Source of the DNA: Eledone cirrhosa
Lineage: Eukaryota
Direction of reading: 5' to 3'
NCBI GenBank assembly: GCA_964016885.1
Contig: OZ024743.1
Coordinates: 328,972,001-329,036,000 of the forward strand
DNA: 64,000 nucleotides
Of the stretch, positions 1 through 13,245 are shown one piece after another; position 1 is the first letter of the stretch, and every line of letters starts with the position of its first letter. Under the pieces are notes generated by a model. It made no database searches, was not told the origin of the DNA, and worked only from the letters and a program-made list of their open reading frames with translations. The translations under genes were made by a program, and so were the position numbers.

Positions 1-128
1 GAAACGGCCAGAGCTCAGCCGTCGGGGTCCTGACTCTTTTCCTATTTCCTATCACCCACTCTACTACCCTAAGTATCCAGTACTCTGGTGCGTTCTGGTC
101 CATCTGGTTTCTTACCACACCTTTGTTA
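1..128 (+). mobile_element. Short repeat family A, (TA)n-embedded; carries the 3' half of a hammerhead-like motif
   Basis: GAAAcggc..gccGTC^ggggt plus a conserved tail; homologous copies at 24251-24335, 28311-28500, 30145-30327, 45931-45987, 63767-63958. Confidence 0.65.
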
Positions 129-168
129 TATATATATATATATATATATATACTACCCTAAATATATA

Positions 169-235
<67 letters not shown>

Positions 236-280
236 TAAAAGGTAAACCTTATGTACCTTCACACACACACACACACACAC

Positions 281-335
<55 letters not shown>

Positions 336-376
336 GAAAAATTGAACAGGGACAGAACAGAGAGGCAGTACAATAA

Positions 377-458
<82 letters not shown>

Positions 459-460
<2 letters not shown>

Positions 461-1795
461 GATAACAAGTTATCGTTATAGGTAATCCAGTTAGAGGTTG
501 TGAGTACTCTGCGTCGTGGATAGTTTTAACGTACGGCTTTATTTGACTCAACAAGATGCTTCCATAGTTATGCAGCGAGTTCGCGGTAATTTCTATGCAG
601 GTTATACTTGGATTAATAATAGTTAAAGAATATAAAATCTTGCCTTAAAGGAAGTGGAAGTGGAACCAAAGTAGATAAAAGAATTAGTACCAGTTATAAC
701 CTTACATTCATACACTAAATTTTTATCAAGACATTGGTTACTAAGAGGACAGTTCTAATAGGGCAATGGACTTAACATGTTTGTTGTTGAACCAGAGATA
801 AATGTCTCATATAGGATGTTACTGTTATATATATGTATGAGATGAAAGAATGGTATTTAACTAATGTAATGGTACGCGATGGGGCCCACCCACAGCCCCG
901 GCGGACAGAATGGAGAAGGCGTTTCCCTGGAGGACGGCAAGGGAGACGCGCTGGAAAAGCCACTCCAACTCGCAGGGCTCACACCTACGGCTGGCCAGCT
1001 CAGCGCCTATGGTGGTGAGCAAGGAGGTAGCCCTGGGGCCGAGGACACGAGAAGTTTCCACTGCCAGGGGAACGACCGCAAACCTGTCGGAGAGCGACCG
1101 GTATTTGAGGAGTTTGGCCCCCTCAGCCCGACGTGCAGCAGAACCTGGGTCAGTCGCAGACTGCACCAGGTTGCGGCTGCAGAAAGTGTCGGTGCAAGTG
1201 GCATCCCAGACGAGGGGTTTGCCACCGCGGAACGGGAAGATGGTCATGCCATAGTTAAAGAAAGAAGAGTAATATGGTTGGCTGTACAATAAGGGCTTTA
1301 TTTAAAGTACTGACAATTGTTTCGTTGATCATGTGGTCTAGAGTTCGCTAATCGCTTGAGGTTGCGTTATTTGATCTCCAATACATTATTCACCTCTGGT
1401 CAACACATCAGAGTATGTAGATATGAAAGTAATTCACTCGAGGCAAGACTTATATAAAAAAAATAGCGTGTAATTAAAACAATAACATCAATAATAAAAT
1501 AGCGTATAATCTAAACAATAACATCATTAATAATACATGTATGGTAAATAGATAGAGAGGCTACAGATGTAAAAAGTAAAAGCAGAATATAAGATAGGGT
1601 ACATAAAAAAGTAAGAAAATGAGAGAATGGAAAATATAAAGAGATAAATAAATAAATAAGTGAGAGCGTGTAAGTACATAGTAGTAGTTTTTAAGTAAGT
1701 GTTCGTATAAGGATTCGTTGGTGGGAAACTAGATTTGAGATGTACATAGATACGTGTAGAGGGTCCGATAAAAGAAACAATAAATTAGAGATTAT
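459..1795 (-). mobile_element. Repeat family B (PLE pLTR-like, long-stem-II HHR), split by a CRE insertion at 631-1250
   Basis: Homologous to 25741-25910, 45993-46160 and 46730-46951. Minus-strand motif at 1308-1415: tact CTGATG(t) gttga..tcaac GAAA caatt GTC agta. Right boundary approximate. Confidence 0.6.
631..1250 (-). mobile_element. 5'-truncated CRE-type non-LTR retrotransposon copy (RLE endonuclease end) with 12-bp target-site duplication
   Basis: 835-1247 is nearly identical to 8875-9286; ORF 861-1289 has GKPLVWDATCTDT..K..KY..PLAVET; atagttaaagaa at both 619-630 and 1251-1262. Confidence 0.85.
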
Positions 1796-1804
1796 ATATA
1801 TATA

Positions 1805-1887
<83 letters not shown>

Positions 1888-2785
1888 GTGAAGGTAGATA
1901 AGGTTTTGTTTATGTATATCAGGAATGAATGCTTAAACAAGAAAGCTGTTTACCAGAAAGTTTGACTCGACAGTATCCTTTGAATCCTATAGCATAATAT
2001 CCAAGCAGGGAATATGGCATATAGGCCTAGAAGGGATCACAGAGTATATTAATATAAGCAAGTATTATACCAAGAAAAATAAAACGTCGGCGTATATATG
2101 TATCGTGGTAATTGTTGCAAATACCACCACCCTCACCACTAAATGATTTGACAGGTGTCAATAACCCATTGATACTAAACCTTTTTGGGGCCAGAACCTG
2201 ACAATTCAGTCGCTCAATGAAACTTTTTTGTTTACTTAGAATAAAGGAACCCTAAAAAAATGTGTGGGTGTTTGTATGTATGTGTGTGTATGAGTAGCTG
2301 AGTGTCAATTTGAACCTTGTCTTTTATCTATTTCATTTCTTGTATGTTTCACAGACCCAAGAGTCGATTTTTCAAAGAATCCATGTTTTTTTTAGTTCCT
2401 TGGCCGACGATCTCTACACATCTTCGAAATCACCACTTTCCTCAACCACCAGAAAACATATAAATATCACCATATTACAATGACAGTTGGCTTTCCTCGT
2501 GATTTCTTTCGAATGAAACAGTTCTAGTCCTGTAGAAGCCATTTCCATATTAAATTTGATATTTACACTCTACTAACGTATTGAGTAACTTACTATGGTT
2601 ACCCCCCGCCCCTGATTGAACCCGGGACTCACAGACACACACACACTCAGACACACAGACACACACACACTCAGACACACACAGACACACACACACACAC
2701 ACACACACACTCATACACACACACTCACACGTACACACACGCACACACTCACACACACACACACACATACACACTCACACACACA

Positions 2786-2817
<32 letters not shown>

Positions 2818-2962
2818 ATCATACAGACACGCATACACACACACACACCCATACACACAAATATATATATATTTAATTTCGTAATCCTTAATAAGTAATG
2901 ATTATGTATAACTATTTATAATTTTTTCACCCGAAATATTTTAGAGAAGAGCCTCACATTTT

Positions 2963-3207
2963 GAATCCCTTAGGGCCTCAGCTGGTGAAAGCCCGTCGAA
3001 TCCCTTAGGGCCTCAGCTGGTGAAAGCCCGTCGAATCCCTTAGGGCCTCAGCTGGTGAAAGTCCGTCGAATCCCTTAGGACCTCAGCAGGGGAAAGCCCG
3101 TCGAATACCTTAGGGCTTCAGCAGGTGAAAGCCCGTTGAATCCCTTAGGGCTTCAGCAAGTGAAAGCCCGTCGAATCCCTTAGGACGTCAGCAGGTGAAA
3201 GCCCGTC
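2963..3207. repeat. 35-bp minisatellite, 7 copies
   Basis: Unit gaatcccttagggcctcagctggtgaaagcccgtc starts at 2963, 2998, 3033, 3068, 3103, 3138, 3173. Confidence 0.95.
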
Positions 3208-3663
3208 CCTGATTGTAGTGAAGACAGACTGAGTTCGAGTAGCAGCTCACTGATCGATATAAGTGTTTGATGAAGATGTTAGCAGGAAGACTACAAGTTA
3301 TTTATAGTGTTTGTTATGTCAAGAAATCTCCACTATTGATCTTTCTATCCGTCTCATGTCTGTCTGACATACGTAATTAGTTGAAACGACTAATGCCGTA
3401 AACAGGTCTTACAAACTAACGCAACTTGTTTGAAATAGATATTGCCGTAAATAGATTTAACTGAAACGCTACACAAACTGATGAGAATTACTTTCAACTG
3501 TTAAATGGTATCGACAACAGATTCACTGATTTCTAGAATTAGTTTCATACAAACACCACTAAATCTAATGGAACATTTCTATAGCAGACGACAGAGCAGC
3601 CGACCACGGACAGATTATAGTGTTACAGCATTTTACAGTCTATTGATCACACACTCATATATA

Positions 3664-3748
<85 letters not shown>

Positions 3749-3839
3749 TATGTATACGTACTTATATGTATATATAAGTATGTATAAGTACGCCAGCCGT
3801 ACAAAGAGTGAGAAAAGAAATTTCGTTTCATTCTTTTCC

Positions 3840-3905
<66 letters not shown>

Positions 3906-4641
3906 TTTTCCCCATCATTCTTGTGCGTAATGACAACCCGTCTGTCCTATATAGTTATGTCGACAGCCACCGCATGTGATTACATAGATCAGGTTCTCCG
4001 AGTTGCAAGTGAAGTTGTTTTTCACTGTGAAAGTTTGGCCATCTTTAAATTTCCCACCACAAAGGGACCTGTGACAAACAGGCTGAAAAAAACATACCCC
4101 CCCCCCCTCATGTTTGTATTGTTATATATATATATATACACACACACCACAAAATAAGAGAGGAAAATTTACTCATTCCAGAAGTTTCCTGTTTGAGAGC
4201 CGCTACTGATACTCTGCTCTGGCTTTTAAAACATTTTTTAAGTTTTTAAATTTTGAATTTTGAAGGAATTCTTAAATTTTAGGAATGTTTTGAATTTTGA
4301 AGAAAATTTTTTTTGAAATATTCCACCACAAAAGGACCTATGGTAGACAGGCTGAACCTCTTTTAGTTTTAGTTTTTAATTCCTATTAATTCTTTTTAAT
4401 TGCAATACTCAACATTTGATAAGATGAATTTTAATAATACATCGAAACCGGTAATACTTTATGTACTTTATAAAACCTTTTTTTAAAAAGAATTGTCCCT
4501 CTCATTTTTTCAATAATGTCACTTTGATGAATCAAAGAAAGAAAAAAAAAAAGAAAAACAGACCCTAAAAAATATTTTCGGTGCTATTTCCAACTTCTCC
4601 TTTTCTCTATATCCACTGTTTTGTATAGAACCTTACTTCCC

Positions 4642-4744
<103 letters not shown>

Positions 4745-4922
4745 CCTGGGTTCAATCGCGGGTAACCACAGTAAGTAAGGTACTCAATACATAGCAGAGT
4801 ATACATTTTTAATATAGAAATGGCTTCTATAGGACTAGCACTGTTTCATTTGAAGGAAATCATCAACCTGATGATTTCCTTCGAAAGAAACAGTTCTAGT
4901 CCTGTAGAAGCCATTTCTATAA
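4745..4922. mobile_element. Family C HHR element, head-to-head inverted insertion
   Basis: Minus arm 4745-4866, plus arm from 4867 (cCTGATGAtttcc..GAAAcagttctagtcctGTA); homologous to 8610-8678, 21435-21655, 45754-45811, 63611-63746 and a degenerate copy at 2495-2554. Confidence 0.8.
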
Positions 4923-4950
4923 TATATATATTGCATAATAGTTATATAAT

Positions 4951-5128
4951 TGTTTCTACTTTTGGCACAAGGCCATCAATTATCCCAGTGCATTACTGGT
5001 ACTTTATTTTATCGACCTCGTAAGGATGAAAGGCAAAGTCAACCTCGGCGGGATTTGAACTCAGATCGTAAAGGGACGTAACTATGCTGGAAAGCATGGT
5101 GTCTGACCCTCTACCGATACTGCCAATC
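4951..5128 (-). mobile_element. tRNA-derived SINE with 17-bp TSD
   Basis: Minus strand has A-box-like tggcagtatcggt and B-box gagttcaaatcc; cataatagttatataat flanks both sides (4934-4950, 5129-5145). Other copies near 5812-6000(+), 15017-15202(-), 24917-24990(+), 46230-46334(-), 46444-46632(-), 56568-56750(+), 57075-57245(-), 57785-57915(-), 60210-60385(+), 60393-60577(+), 60866-61047(-). Confidence 0.85.
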
Positions 5129-6129
5129 CATAATAGTTATATAATAAAGGAATAATGGTAAAGACAAGAGGCTACAAGGAGAGAAAGCGATCAAGGGGAC
5201 CAGTTGTTGACAGTTTGATCGCCTTCCAAGGAATTCACCAGTCCGGCCTCATTTTACTCAATAATAATTAACTACGTTCGCGCAACACCAAGATTCAACA
5301 TAAAAAAATGGATGAGTTGCAAAATATATATATATATATATATATTTAAGGGCGGTGCTTCAGCATGGCCTCAGCCGGATGGCTGGAATAGGTAAAAGAG
5401 TAAAAGATATATATATATATATATATATACAAACAAGTATATATATATATATATATATACATACACACACACAGAAACACGTTTATCTATAACATAATTC
5501 TCAGGGAGATTCAACTTAACACACCGTGTAATGAGGCCGAACCATTGAATTACAGGCACGGACCAACATATTATTGTAGTATAAGTGGTTGAGCATTCCA
5601 CAGATACCTTTAACGTAATTCTCAGGGACATTCAGCATGATATAGTATATGACAAGGCTGGACCAGTGAATTACAGGTACAGTCTCTTCCATAGAGGTTA
5701 TGGAATATTTCTGAGAATCAGTGCGGGTTTCTTAACGAAGTCTGCTTCAATCATGTCTCTGATTATTACTGGTTCGTATCTTATAATTGCTTCATTAAGT
5801 TGGGGGGCGGTCATTTTGGCAGAATCGTTACAGGGTCTGACGTCATGCTTTGCAGCAAAGAGTTACGGCCCTTTATGATCTGAGTTCAAATCCCGCCGAG
5901 GTTAACTTTGCCTTTCATCCTTACGGGGTCGATAAAATAAAGTACCAGTAATACACTGGGAGATTTGCTGGCTTTGTGCCAAAAGTAGAAACAATTATTA
6001 ATGAAAGAATACGATTGTGAATACAAGTGCCCAAAATAGGGTTCTCCGAAGGGGCTTTGGAGTAATGTTATTCGATGGAATGCGTAGCTCGAAGATGAGA
6101 GAGTCGCTACAGAAAGAAGCATTACTGCT

Positions 6130-6400
6130 CTGAATTGAGAGATCAACTGTTTAAATACCACAGGCAGGTGGGAGAATGTTCCAGGAAAGAATCGCTGGTC
6201 AGATTTCGCAGACAAAATCAACGAACAGGAGACCCAGGGGTAGATCCGGAGCAAGATGGTTGGATAACACCCATGAGCTGGTCTGGTCTCGATTGGGGAT
6301 TCAGCTGGATCAACTGGAAACGGTTGCTTCTGACATGACTTGCTGGACGCTGTGCTTGAGGACTGCCTCCACGACCATCCCAGGAATAAGTGGTTGAAGG
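6130..6400 (+). pseudogene. RTE-like LINE 3' fragment
   Basis: Translates to ERIAGQI..RRPRGRSGARWLD, typical of the RTE ORF C-terminus; second copy on minus at about 25155-25401. Confidence 0.6.
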
Positions 6401-6679
6401 CGACGGAGAACTTTGGGGGTCACTATTTTGTAGAGAATGTTGTGTTATTTAATGTAATGTATGAGTCCAAGTTCGAATCATTTGCATGTTAAAAATAGTT
6501 TTCTTATTTCATACATTTGTGTATATTATGAAACACACATACACACACTTGTATTAGTAGAACATTTCCTCGTGGGCGGCATTTGTGCTTGTATATACAT
6601 AGATACATAGTGTGTCGCAATTAATGGCCCTGGGTGTCCAACAGTAAGTTTAAAGCTGACCTAGGGCTAAACAACATCT

Positions 6680-7200
6680 CCCAAAACAACAACACTACCA
6701 GAAACGACAACAACATTATTACCACCATCATCACCACCACAAACAACAAGAACAACACAACGACTATTAGCACCAGAAACTGTCTACAACAACCACTATC
6801 AACAACGTCACCACAAATAACAACAACGACAACAATAACACCACTACCAAAATACATCACCATCGTCATTATCATGATCATTATAATGATATAAACCATC
6901 ACCACCACCGCCACCACCAGCACCACCACCAAAATCGTCATTATCATTACTATATATATTTATATCAACATCATCATCACCATCATAACCAATTTGTATA
7001 TTTTACTATCAATAAGGGGTGGTGTTGGTGTTGACGTCTATGAACACATTGTACACCATATTGTCTGTTGAACAGTTAAACAAACTGCAGACTAAATTGT
7101 GATGTTGTTGGTGTGGTTGTTGTTGTTGTTGGTGGTGGTAATAGCTGTGAGGATTTTAATGAAGAATTGGTGGTGTTGGTTATAGTGACGACGATAATGA
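6680..7200. repeat. Degenerate (CAA/CAC/CAT)n trinucleotide low-complexity tract
   Basis: Runs of aac/acc/atc followed by gtt/ggt. Confidence 0.8.
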
Positions 7201-7238
7201 TAAATTCAAGTTATATTTACAGTGTGTGTGTATATATA

Positions 7239-7640
7239 CTAGCTGAATGACCTGGCGTTGCTCGGGTCACTGCTGTTCTTAGATATATATTCTTTCTCAT
7301 AATTATTTCAAAAAATCTATATTTCATAAAAGAAATATCAAAATAGAATTTAGAAGTGAAAATCGGTCAATCTTGAAGCACCTCATTGTGTAATTTTTGT
7401 TGGTGTCCAAATGAATAAATTATTGCTGCTTCCAACTCGTGAGCAACCAACTCGTGAGCAACCAACATAGAGTTGGCCGTGGAAGAAACATGTAATAGAG
7501 AGATCAAGTCCAACTACCTTGAGGGATTGACCCTTAGATTTATTAATTGAAATAACAAAACTTAGATTGACTAGAAACTGAAGCCTCTTAAATTCAAAGA
7601 GAACAGCTGCTGGTATGAGAGGAATTTTCAGAATAAAGAC
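7239..7640 (-). mobile_element. Helitron 3' fragment (PIF1-like helicase C-terminus plus 3' hairpin-CTAG end)
   Basis: ORF 7383-7886 contains FKRLQFLVNLSFVISINKSKGQSLKVVGLDL..FFHGQLYVGCSRV; minus strand ends gacccgagcaacgccaggtc..CTAG|T at 7239. Confidence 0.85.
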
Positions 7641-8100
7641 ATTTTTTTCAATATTGTAAACAAATAAGTAACAACATATAAAAAAAACACACAGACATAC
7701 ATTCATAGAAACACACACAGAGTTCACACACATATACTTGTCAGTCATTACATATGTATATGTGTGTGTAGATATGTGTGTGTTTAATTCTCTGATTAAA
7801 TATCTACGTGAAGATGTGTGTGTATGTAACTTACTAAGGCCTAACGTACGCAATGAACGCGCAAACACACACACACTCATATACAAAATGTGACGTCGTC
7901 GTCGTCGTGTTATAAAATGTCCGTTTTCTTATAGTTGACTATAGAAAGATTAATTTAGTTAAAAAGTTAAATTGTTTTAATCCAAATGAAAATAAAAATT
8001 ACATGTTAATCTCGGAGTACTAATACCTTGTAAAATTTGATTTGATTTGGTCAAGTCGTTTGAGAATGCATAAGAAAAATACAGACAGCAGACAAAGAAT

Positions 8101-8306
<206 letters not shown>

Positions 8307-8466
8307 CATACATACATATATACACATATGTAGAGTGTATACATGTACATATTTATATGCATTATACACATGTTATGTATATATATTAAACACACACACA
8401 CACATATATATATATGTATATACATAAATGTTGAGTAAGTATAATATATATATTTAAGTTATATTT

Positions 8467-8505
<39 letters not shown>

Positions 8506-8535
8506 GGTAGGTACAATATTGAAGTTATATTTACA

Positions 8536-8610
<75 letters not shown>

Positions 8611-8613
<3 letters not shown>

Positions 8614-8661
8614 TTCCTGATGATTTCTAAAGAATGAAACAGTTCTAGTCCTGTAGAATCT
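8611..8661 (+). ncRNA. Type I hammerhead ribozyme (family C)
   Basis: agattc CTGATGA tttctaaagaat GAAA cag-ttctagtc-ctG TA ^ gaatct; stem I agattc/gaatct, GUA triplet. Confidence 0.85.
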
Positions 8662-8677
8662 CATCTATATTAAAACT

Positions 8678-8708
<31 letters not shown>

Positions 8709-8874
8709 GTTTAAATGTGGTGGTTTACCACTAGGTAGAATTGGTAATTCTGCAGTGTTAATCATGACGTAATATGAGAAAAGTGCTCGACGTTATGCAA
8801 CTCATCCATCTTCAATGTTGAATCATGTTGGTGGTGCGGGAACGGAGTAAATGTATTTATCTATTAGAAATTAC

Positions 8875-11800
8875 GTATGAGATGACAGAATGGTATTTAA
8901 CTAATGTAATGGTACGCGATGGGGCCCACCCACAGCCCTGGCGGACAGAATGGAGAAGGCGTTTCTCCGGAGGACGGCAAGGGAGACGCGCTGGAAAAGC
9001 CACCCCACTCGCGAGGCTCACACCTACGGCTGGCCAGCTCAGCGTCTATGGTGGTGAGTAAGGAGGTAGCCCTGGGGCCGAGGACACCAGAAATTTCCAC
9101 TGCCAGGGGGACGACCGCAAACCTGTCGGAGAGCGACCGGTATTTGAGGAGTTTGGCCCCCTCAGCCCGACGTGCAGCAGAACCTGGGTCAGTCGCAGAC
9201 TGCACCAGGTTGCGGCTGCAGAAAGTGTCGGTGCAAGTGGCATCCCAGACGAGGGGTTTGCCACTTCGGAACGGGAAGATGGTCATTTGCCGTCCCCTCG
9301 ATCCAGCCCCACCGGCTCGAGCTGGGAAGGCAAGCCTGCAGCGTCCAAGCCATGCTTAATGACCTCGTTGAGGGCAGTATGGTGTGGAATGCGGCCGGCA
9401 CTGTGGCGACAGGAAAGCGGGTAGAGGCCGAAAGAGTCCACGGTGAAACCGCAGCGACATTGGTGTGGCTGGCAGATCCGGAGGCCGAGCCTCAGGGAAA
9501 CGCTGATTCGCAGGCTATGGTTGTCTAACTGCGTGCCAGTGGGGAAGGAAGGCAGAGCATGGAGCGTGGCACCACTGTGGGGTTTGGAGGCCGCACGAAA
9601 ACAAGCAAGGCGGTGCTGGTCGAGCTGGCGCGTGAGCCTGTCTGAGGCCAGGCTGCACTGGATGGCATCCCAAGTGCGTCGGGGGGGGGGGGGCTTGACG
9701 TCAACAGGAGGAGAAGGAGGAGGGACGTCTACTGGGCCAAGTCCCAGCCGGACCTACGTGTCACAGGCGGCCTCACGTTCGCTGAACACAGATGGTTCTG
9801 TTGTGTTTTGAAGAATTCTGCTGACGAGTACGCGGCACGAGGTTACCGACGAAAGATGCGCCGGCAAAGCTAGTGAGATCGGGGACCGGAGGCCAAGGCC
9901 GCTATACCTGGCCGGTAAAGTGGCCTGTGGCCACCCTATGTCGTCAAACTTGACGTTGCATATCCCCTCGGCTGCTGCTCGGATACAAGTATCGAGGTCA
10001 GCGAGGAGAGATGTCTGGGTGTAGCATGGAGCGCTGCGGAGTGTATAGAGGAGCTTCGACATGGCGAAGTAGTTCCTCAGCAGAAAGAGAGCTGGGTGGC
10101 CGTCAAACAAGCCCAGTCGGCTCGTGAGAGTCTGGAGATGTTGAAGTCTGGACCTGATGGTGGAGCGGATGGCCGGCGGGTGGAATCACCGATTGAAGGT
10201 CTTGGCAGACCGTCCGTACGGGCCCGCCCAACGTAGCATCATCCAGATACCAAACGTTGAGAGGGGTCGTGATACTCCGGGCGATGTGGTCAACACCAAG
10301 GGCGAACAGGAGGGGTCCCAAAGAGTCTCCCTGTTGCACCTCAGAAGCCGAGGGTATGACCGTATCAGCAGCTAGGAGCATGCTCGGGGCTCCATATGAC
10401 AGGTAGGCCAGCGGGTAGGCAGAGGGGGCTCGGCTGAGGCAGGCCTCGAGCAGATGATCCCGGCGTAAAGAGTTAAAAGCATTACTCATGTCAAGCTTAA
10501 CAATGAGGTGCCTGGAGTCCCTGGATGCCGGTACCGATGGGCAGCTGCTGAAGAACTGCCTGATTGCATGAGAGGCTCCCTCACAGCCACCGGACACGCC
10601 GACACCCATTTGCACCGGACTAAACTCCTCACCCAGTTCGTGTGTGACGGACTTGCAGATCACCTTGGCAGCCAGCCTCCGGAAGACATTGCCCACAGTA
10701 ATGGGGCGTATGCCACCCTCTTTCTTCCTGAGAGCGGTGAGGCTGGCCGAAAAAAAGAGGCCTCGGACGTAAGCGTCGAGGGCACCGTGAATGAGCCTAT
10801 TGGTGAGCGCCACAATTGCACTCAGAAGGCGGCGCCAGGCCTCAGCGGAGAGGGGGGATTTCAACTCCTTGAGGTGGCCTGGTCGGAGACCATCAACACC
10901 TCCGCAGCTGCTAGCTGGAAGGACCTGATGGCGGACATGATATCTGCATCAGTAGCCACAAGGAGTAGGTGGGGGTCGGGTGAGGGCATGGGTCTGAGAT
11001 CAGTGGGTGGCTCTGGGTGTTTGAGCCGCAGAGCAGCCAGGATCTCCTCGGTGGGTTGGATGACAGTGTCCTCTGAGGCAACAACTCTGACTGCGGCCGA
11101 GACATCACCCATGATAAGCTTTATCTGGTCACGCAAACGCTTGGCGCTGGTCACGGGGGTGGAGGATAGGGGGTACCTGAGGGTGGAGTGTGTGGCGTCC
11201 CTGGGCACGCTTGGAATGGGCGCTCGCCCAAATGACGAGACATTGGCCTTGACGAAGGCTGCTGTTGACCGGCCGCCCCGGTCAGCGCCAGAACTGGGGA
11301 GGCCGAGGGCGAGAGGGGCGAAATAGAACAGCCACTCCCAGTCACTGGCTCGATTGGAGTCCAGGGCGCTCTCAATCGAGGAAGCGAGGGCATCGGCTAC
11401 CGGCACCCGTGCCGCTCTCGGGATCCTGAGTGGGATCTTCCGGAGCCGCCTGAGCCGAGCGATGTTGACCAGCGAGGCTCGGGCGTCAGGCAAGCTCGCT
11501 GTCCCATCTGGTGGTGTGCCAGACGGCCGTGGCTGGGAAGACGTGGGGGAAGAGGCAGCTCCTGCACCTCCACGCTGCGAGGGCACTGGAAGCTCGACGA
11601 GTCAAGCCAACGCAGGTGAGGTGGTGGAAGCAGCCGCACCCCAAACAGTTCCGGCCCCTCTTCCGTTTGTTAGTAGTGCCGCAAGTGCTCCAGGTGTCGA
11701 TTTGGAGGGGTGGAGGATGGGGCGTGGGGCCGGGGACTGGGGCACCGAGCGGCATCAGGGGTGGGTGGCTGGTGTGTGTGGTTGGAAGGGAAAGTGGTGG

Positions 11801-12010
11801 TAAGAGGTCAGCATAGCTCACCTATATATATGGAGGTGCCAGAAAACGAGAGCGAAAAGAGGGTGCATGGAGGGGGAGACACAGGAAGGTAGAATGGCAG
11901 TAAATGAATGAGTGAATGGATGGATGTACAAAAAAAGGGTGGGGGGGGGGGAACAAGGGGTTGTTCCCAGCGGAAAGATCCAGAATTCAGCACGCACACA
12001 TGCGAGCAAC
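8875..12010 (-). mobile_element. CRE-clade-like RLE non-LTR retrotransposon, near full length, frameshifted
   Basis: Consecutive minus ORFs: PHD-like finger (11486-11821), RT (10103-10864: GIRPI, KLDMSNAF, QQGDSLGPLLF, WYLDD), thumb (9754-10110), Cys/His knuckle near 9380-9460, RLE (8897-9286). GC-rich relative to flanks; 5' boundary approximate. Confidence 0.85.
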
Positions 12011-13106
12011 TGACCAGTGTGTCAAAGACGATATTCTCAATGGACGCGCTTACAATATTTGAATATAACTGAACCGTCGTGTCATTTAATTTGAAAAGTG
12101 GAGCAAAATAAAAGGAAACGGCGCGTGGAACCTAGGGACAGCTGGGGAATGTGTATAGTTCTTCCTATCTTATTGTATCTTACGTAGCTTCAATTTTGAT
12201 ACTTCTCGACTTTAGCACTAACTTCACTAGCATGGATGGCTACGAATACATGGCATGTTACGACACAGGCTGGCTATGGATACCCTTCTAGCTGCACTCA
12301 GAGTGACTGGGTCTGTCCACTCCCTTGAATGCCTGGAAATAAACTAAATTTCCCTTTTCTATGGTAAACCGTAATTATTTGGAAGGGTCCGACTTTTGAG
12401 CCCTGTGTGTGTTGGGGATGGGGTGGGGGTGGGGGTGGGGGTGGGGGCGCCTTTCTCAGTTGTTGTTAACCGCCATACTTTACTACTATCATAATTTAAT
12501 ATAATATAACATTGAACTATGAGGGGAATCCGAAGCAGATAGCAACTGAGCTTAGCTTAACTAACATTGTGTTATCTGTCTTATTAGGTCCCTGATTTAC
12601 ACAACTCTATAATTGGAATCATTAACGTAACTGGTCTACTTATTTAAACATTTAGTTTTAATCTTCAATTCCTAAAATTAATCCTAACTCCAACTTATAT
12701 ACATTTCTAACCGGATTTTGTCTCTACTTGATATGTTTCTGGTCCCCAACCCCGCATGTTGTATGCTTTCTGTGAGTGCATAGACCTTAGCTTGACCCAG
12801 GCGAATTACCATTCTCTGTAACACGATATTCTCCCCCTCACTGGCCTGCTGTCCGAAGTTTGCTAGAGTTGAGGGGTAGTATTGATTCGCCAAGTAAACT
12901 ACACACCCTCCTATCCGCTAGCAAACTAGCAGGACAGATTTATTAAAAATAACCTCAGTCAGAGGTGGGCGAGCAATGTGGCAGCATGCCACTACATCCA
13001 TCTCTGGGTCAAAAGCATAGCACAGAGTTTTTTTCTCTTTGTTTTTATTTGCTTGTTTCCTTAAAGCTTACCATCATACAGTTGGTATACATCTATTACG
13101 CAATTT

Positions 13107-13165
13107 ACACCTGATGAGGTCACCGGGTTCTTACGTAACCTGGCCACTGAAATGTGCATAGCATT
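13107..13165 (+). ncRNA. Hammerhead ribozyme motif (weak stem I)
   Basis: CTGATGA 13111-13117, stem II ccgggtt/aacctgg, GAAA tgtgca TA; AATAAA at 13172. Confidence 0.6.
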
Positions 13166-13245
13166 TACAGTAATAAAAAACAATTAAGGAAATTCAATAT
13201 ATTTGACCTCCTGTCATTTCACTTTATAATAAATATATATACATA

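Noticed and set aside
2963-3207. 35-bp repeat as CRISPR or hammerhead array (contains ctggtga, gaaa, gtc)
   Set aside because: Units are directly adjacent with no spacers, and the motifs cannot be folded into a valid HHR core.
4951-5128. tRNA gene
   Set aside because: A/B boxes belong to a multi-copy SINE with TSDs; no cloverleaf.
10508-11816. Long plus-strand ORFs over the CRE element (also antisense ORFs over PLE1 and the mariner)
   Set aside because: Antisense shadows of coding sequence with no recognisable motifs.
12413-12447. G-quadruplex-capable (GGGGGT)n run
   Set aside because: Simple repeat with no context indicating function.
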